Virus record (IMG/VR): IMGVR_UViG_3300045988_114594
Location: 1-39,653 of that record
Strand: one strand, 5' to 3'
DNA length: 39,653 nucleotides
DNA from: a virus
Numbering within the stretch: position 1 is the first letter of the stretch; each line of letters begins with the position of its first letter. Below are positions 38,917 through 39,653 of the stretch, piece after piece. The translations under genes and the position numbers were made by a program. A model generated the notes under the pieces. The model worked only from the letters and a program-made list of their open reading frames with translations, made no database searches and was not told the DNA's origin.

Positions 38917-39653
38917 ATGGCTGGTAGCAAGCCCACGGGACACACCATTGGCACAGCCTGGATCCAGGTGGCCCTCTCCACCAAGGCTATCTCCCAGCAG
39001 CTCAAGGAGGCCCTGGGAGACGTCGACACCAAGCCGGCCGAGCGGAAGATTACGAGCGGCCTGGGCGGAGCCTTCCAGAAGGTCGGGAAGATCGCGGCCG
39101 GGGCGCTGGCTGTCACGTCCGCCGTCGGGCTCGCCGCAGGGTTCTCGGACATCGCGAAGCAGGCCATCGACGCCTCCGACGCGACGAACAAGTTCAAGAA
39201 CACGCTGGGATTCGCGGGCAAGTCCGCGGCCGACGTCGACCGACTCACGAAGTCCACGAAGGAATACGCGGACAAGACCGTCTACGGCCTTTCCGATATT
39301 CAGTCGATCACCGCCCAGTTGGCGTCAAACAACGTCCAGGGCTACGACAAGTTGGCCGAGGCGGCCGGCAACCTGAACGCCGTCGCCGGCGGAAATGCCG
39401 AGACCTTTAAGTCCGTCGGCATGGTGCTCACCCAGACCGCCGGTCAGGGGAAACTCACCACCGAGAACTTCAATCAGTTGGCTGACGCGGTTCCTGGCGC
39501 GTCAGGGAAACTCCAGCAGGCCCTCCTTGAGGCCGGTGCCTACACGGGCAATTTCCGTGAGGCGATGGAGAAGGGTGAAATCACCGCCGAGGAATTCAAC
39601 GCGGCGGTGATGGACCTTGGCATGACGGATGTCGCCAAGGAGGCGGCGACGTC
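38917..39653 (+). CDS. Tape measure protein, N-terminal part (continues at nt 1 across the circular junction)
   Basis: The ATG follows a GAGGAGGGG RBS, and there is no stop before the window end. The N-terminal TMP pattern is present (..FKSVGMVLTQTAGQGKLTTENFNQLADAVPG..). The combined ORF is about 1296 aa. Confidence 0.9.
   Translation, partial: MAGSKPTGHTIGTAWIQVALSTKAISQQLKEALGDVDTKPAERKITSGLGGAFQKVGKIAAGALAVTSAVGLAAGFSDIAKQAIDASDATNKFKNTLGFAGKSAADVDRLTKSTKEYADKTVYGLSDIQSITAQLASNNVQGYDKLAEAAGNLNAVAGGNAETFKSVGMVLTQTAGQGKLTTENFNQLADAVPGASGKLQQALLEAGAYTGNFREAMEKGEITAEEFNAAVMDLGMTDVAKEAAT
39599..39653. repeat. Circularisation overlap, identical to 1-55
   Basis: A base-by-base comparison shows 55/55 identity with the window start. 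Confidence 0.95.

Larger units (their letters stand above)
1..39653. mobile_element. Complete temperate siphovirus-like (pro)phage genome, circularly closed assembly (unit length 39,598 bp)
   Basis: All phage modules are present: packaging, head, tail, lysis, integrase/repressor and early recombination genes. The first 55 nt equal the last 55 nt, and the tape measure ORF crosses the junction in frame. Confidence 0.85.

Overview
This window is a complete, circularly closed genome of a temperate siphovirus-like phage or prophage from a high-GC Actinomycetota host. The unit length is 39,598 bp: nt 1-55 repeat nt 39599-39653, and the tape measure ORF reads through that junction in frame. Nearly all genes are on the + strand and tightly packed, often with ATGA or GTGA stop/start overlaps.

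Gene order:
- Packaging and head: HNH endonuclease, TerS, TerL, portal, MuF-like protein, scaffold, major capsid.
- Tail: connector and neck proteins, major tail protein, tail chaperones with a GGGAAAC -1 frameshift site, tape measure protein (38917 -> junction -> 3209, with an NlpC/P60 domain), and four or five minor tail proteins.
- Lysis: CHAP endolysin plus three membrane proteins.
- Lysogeny: a minus-strand moron, an attP-like region, tyrosine integrase, a divergent CI-like repressor and a Cro-like gene.
- Early operon: excisionase-like HTH, C5 methyltransferase, RusA, a replisome organizer carrying an internal iteron origin, PD-(D/E)XK exonuclease, RecT-like protein, MazG-like protein, SSB, and many ORFans.

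The least explained region is 27.1-29.5 kb. It holds two minus-strand operons of small ORFans driven by duplicated promoter/operator blocks. One operon ends in a small HTH gene, which resembles an anti-defence (acr/aca-like) layout. A truncated tRNA-like acceptor/T-arm minihelix sits inside the other operon. A roughly 20-bp phased CAA..GGGG repeat array lies just upstream of the HNH and terminase genes.

Other points worth a second look:
- a second copy of the early promoter/operator 5.6 kb downstream of the first;
- an alternative-frame ORF inside the methyltransferase gene with anomalous codon-position statistics and a G7 tract;
- tandem repeats in the tape measure protein.

All functions come from motif recognition by eye. 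No database search was run.
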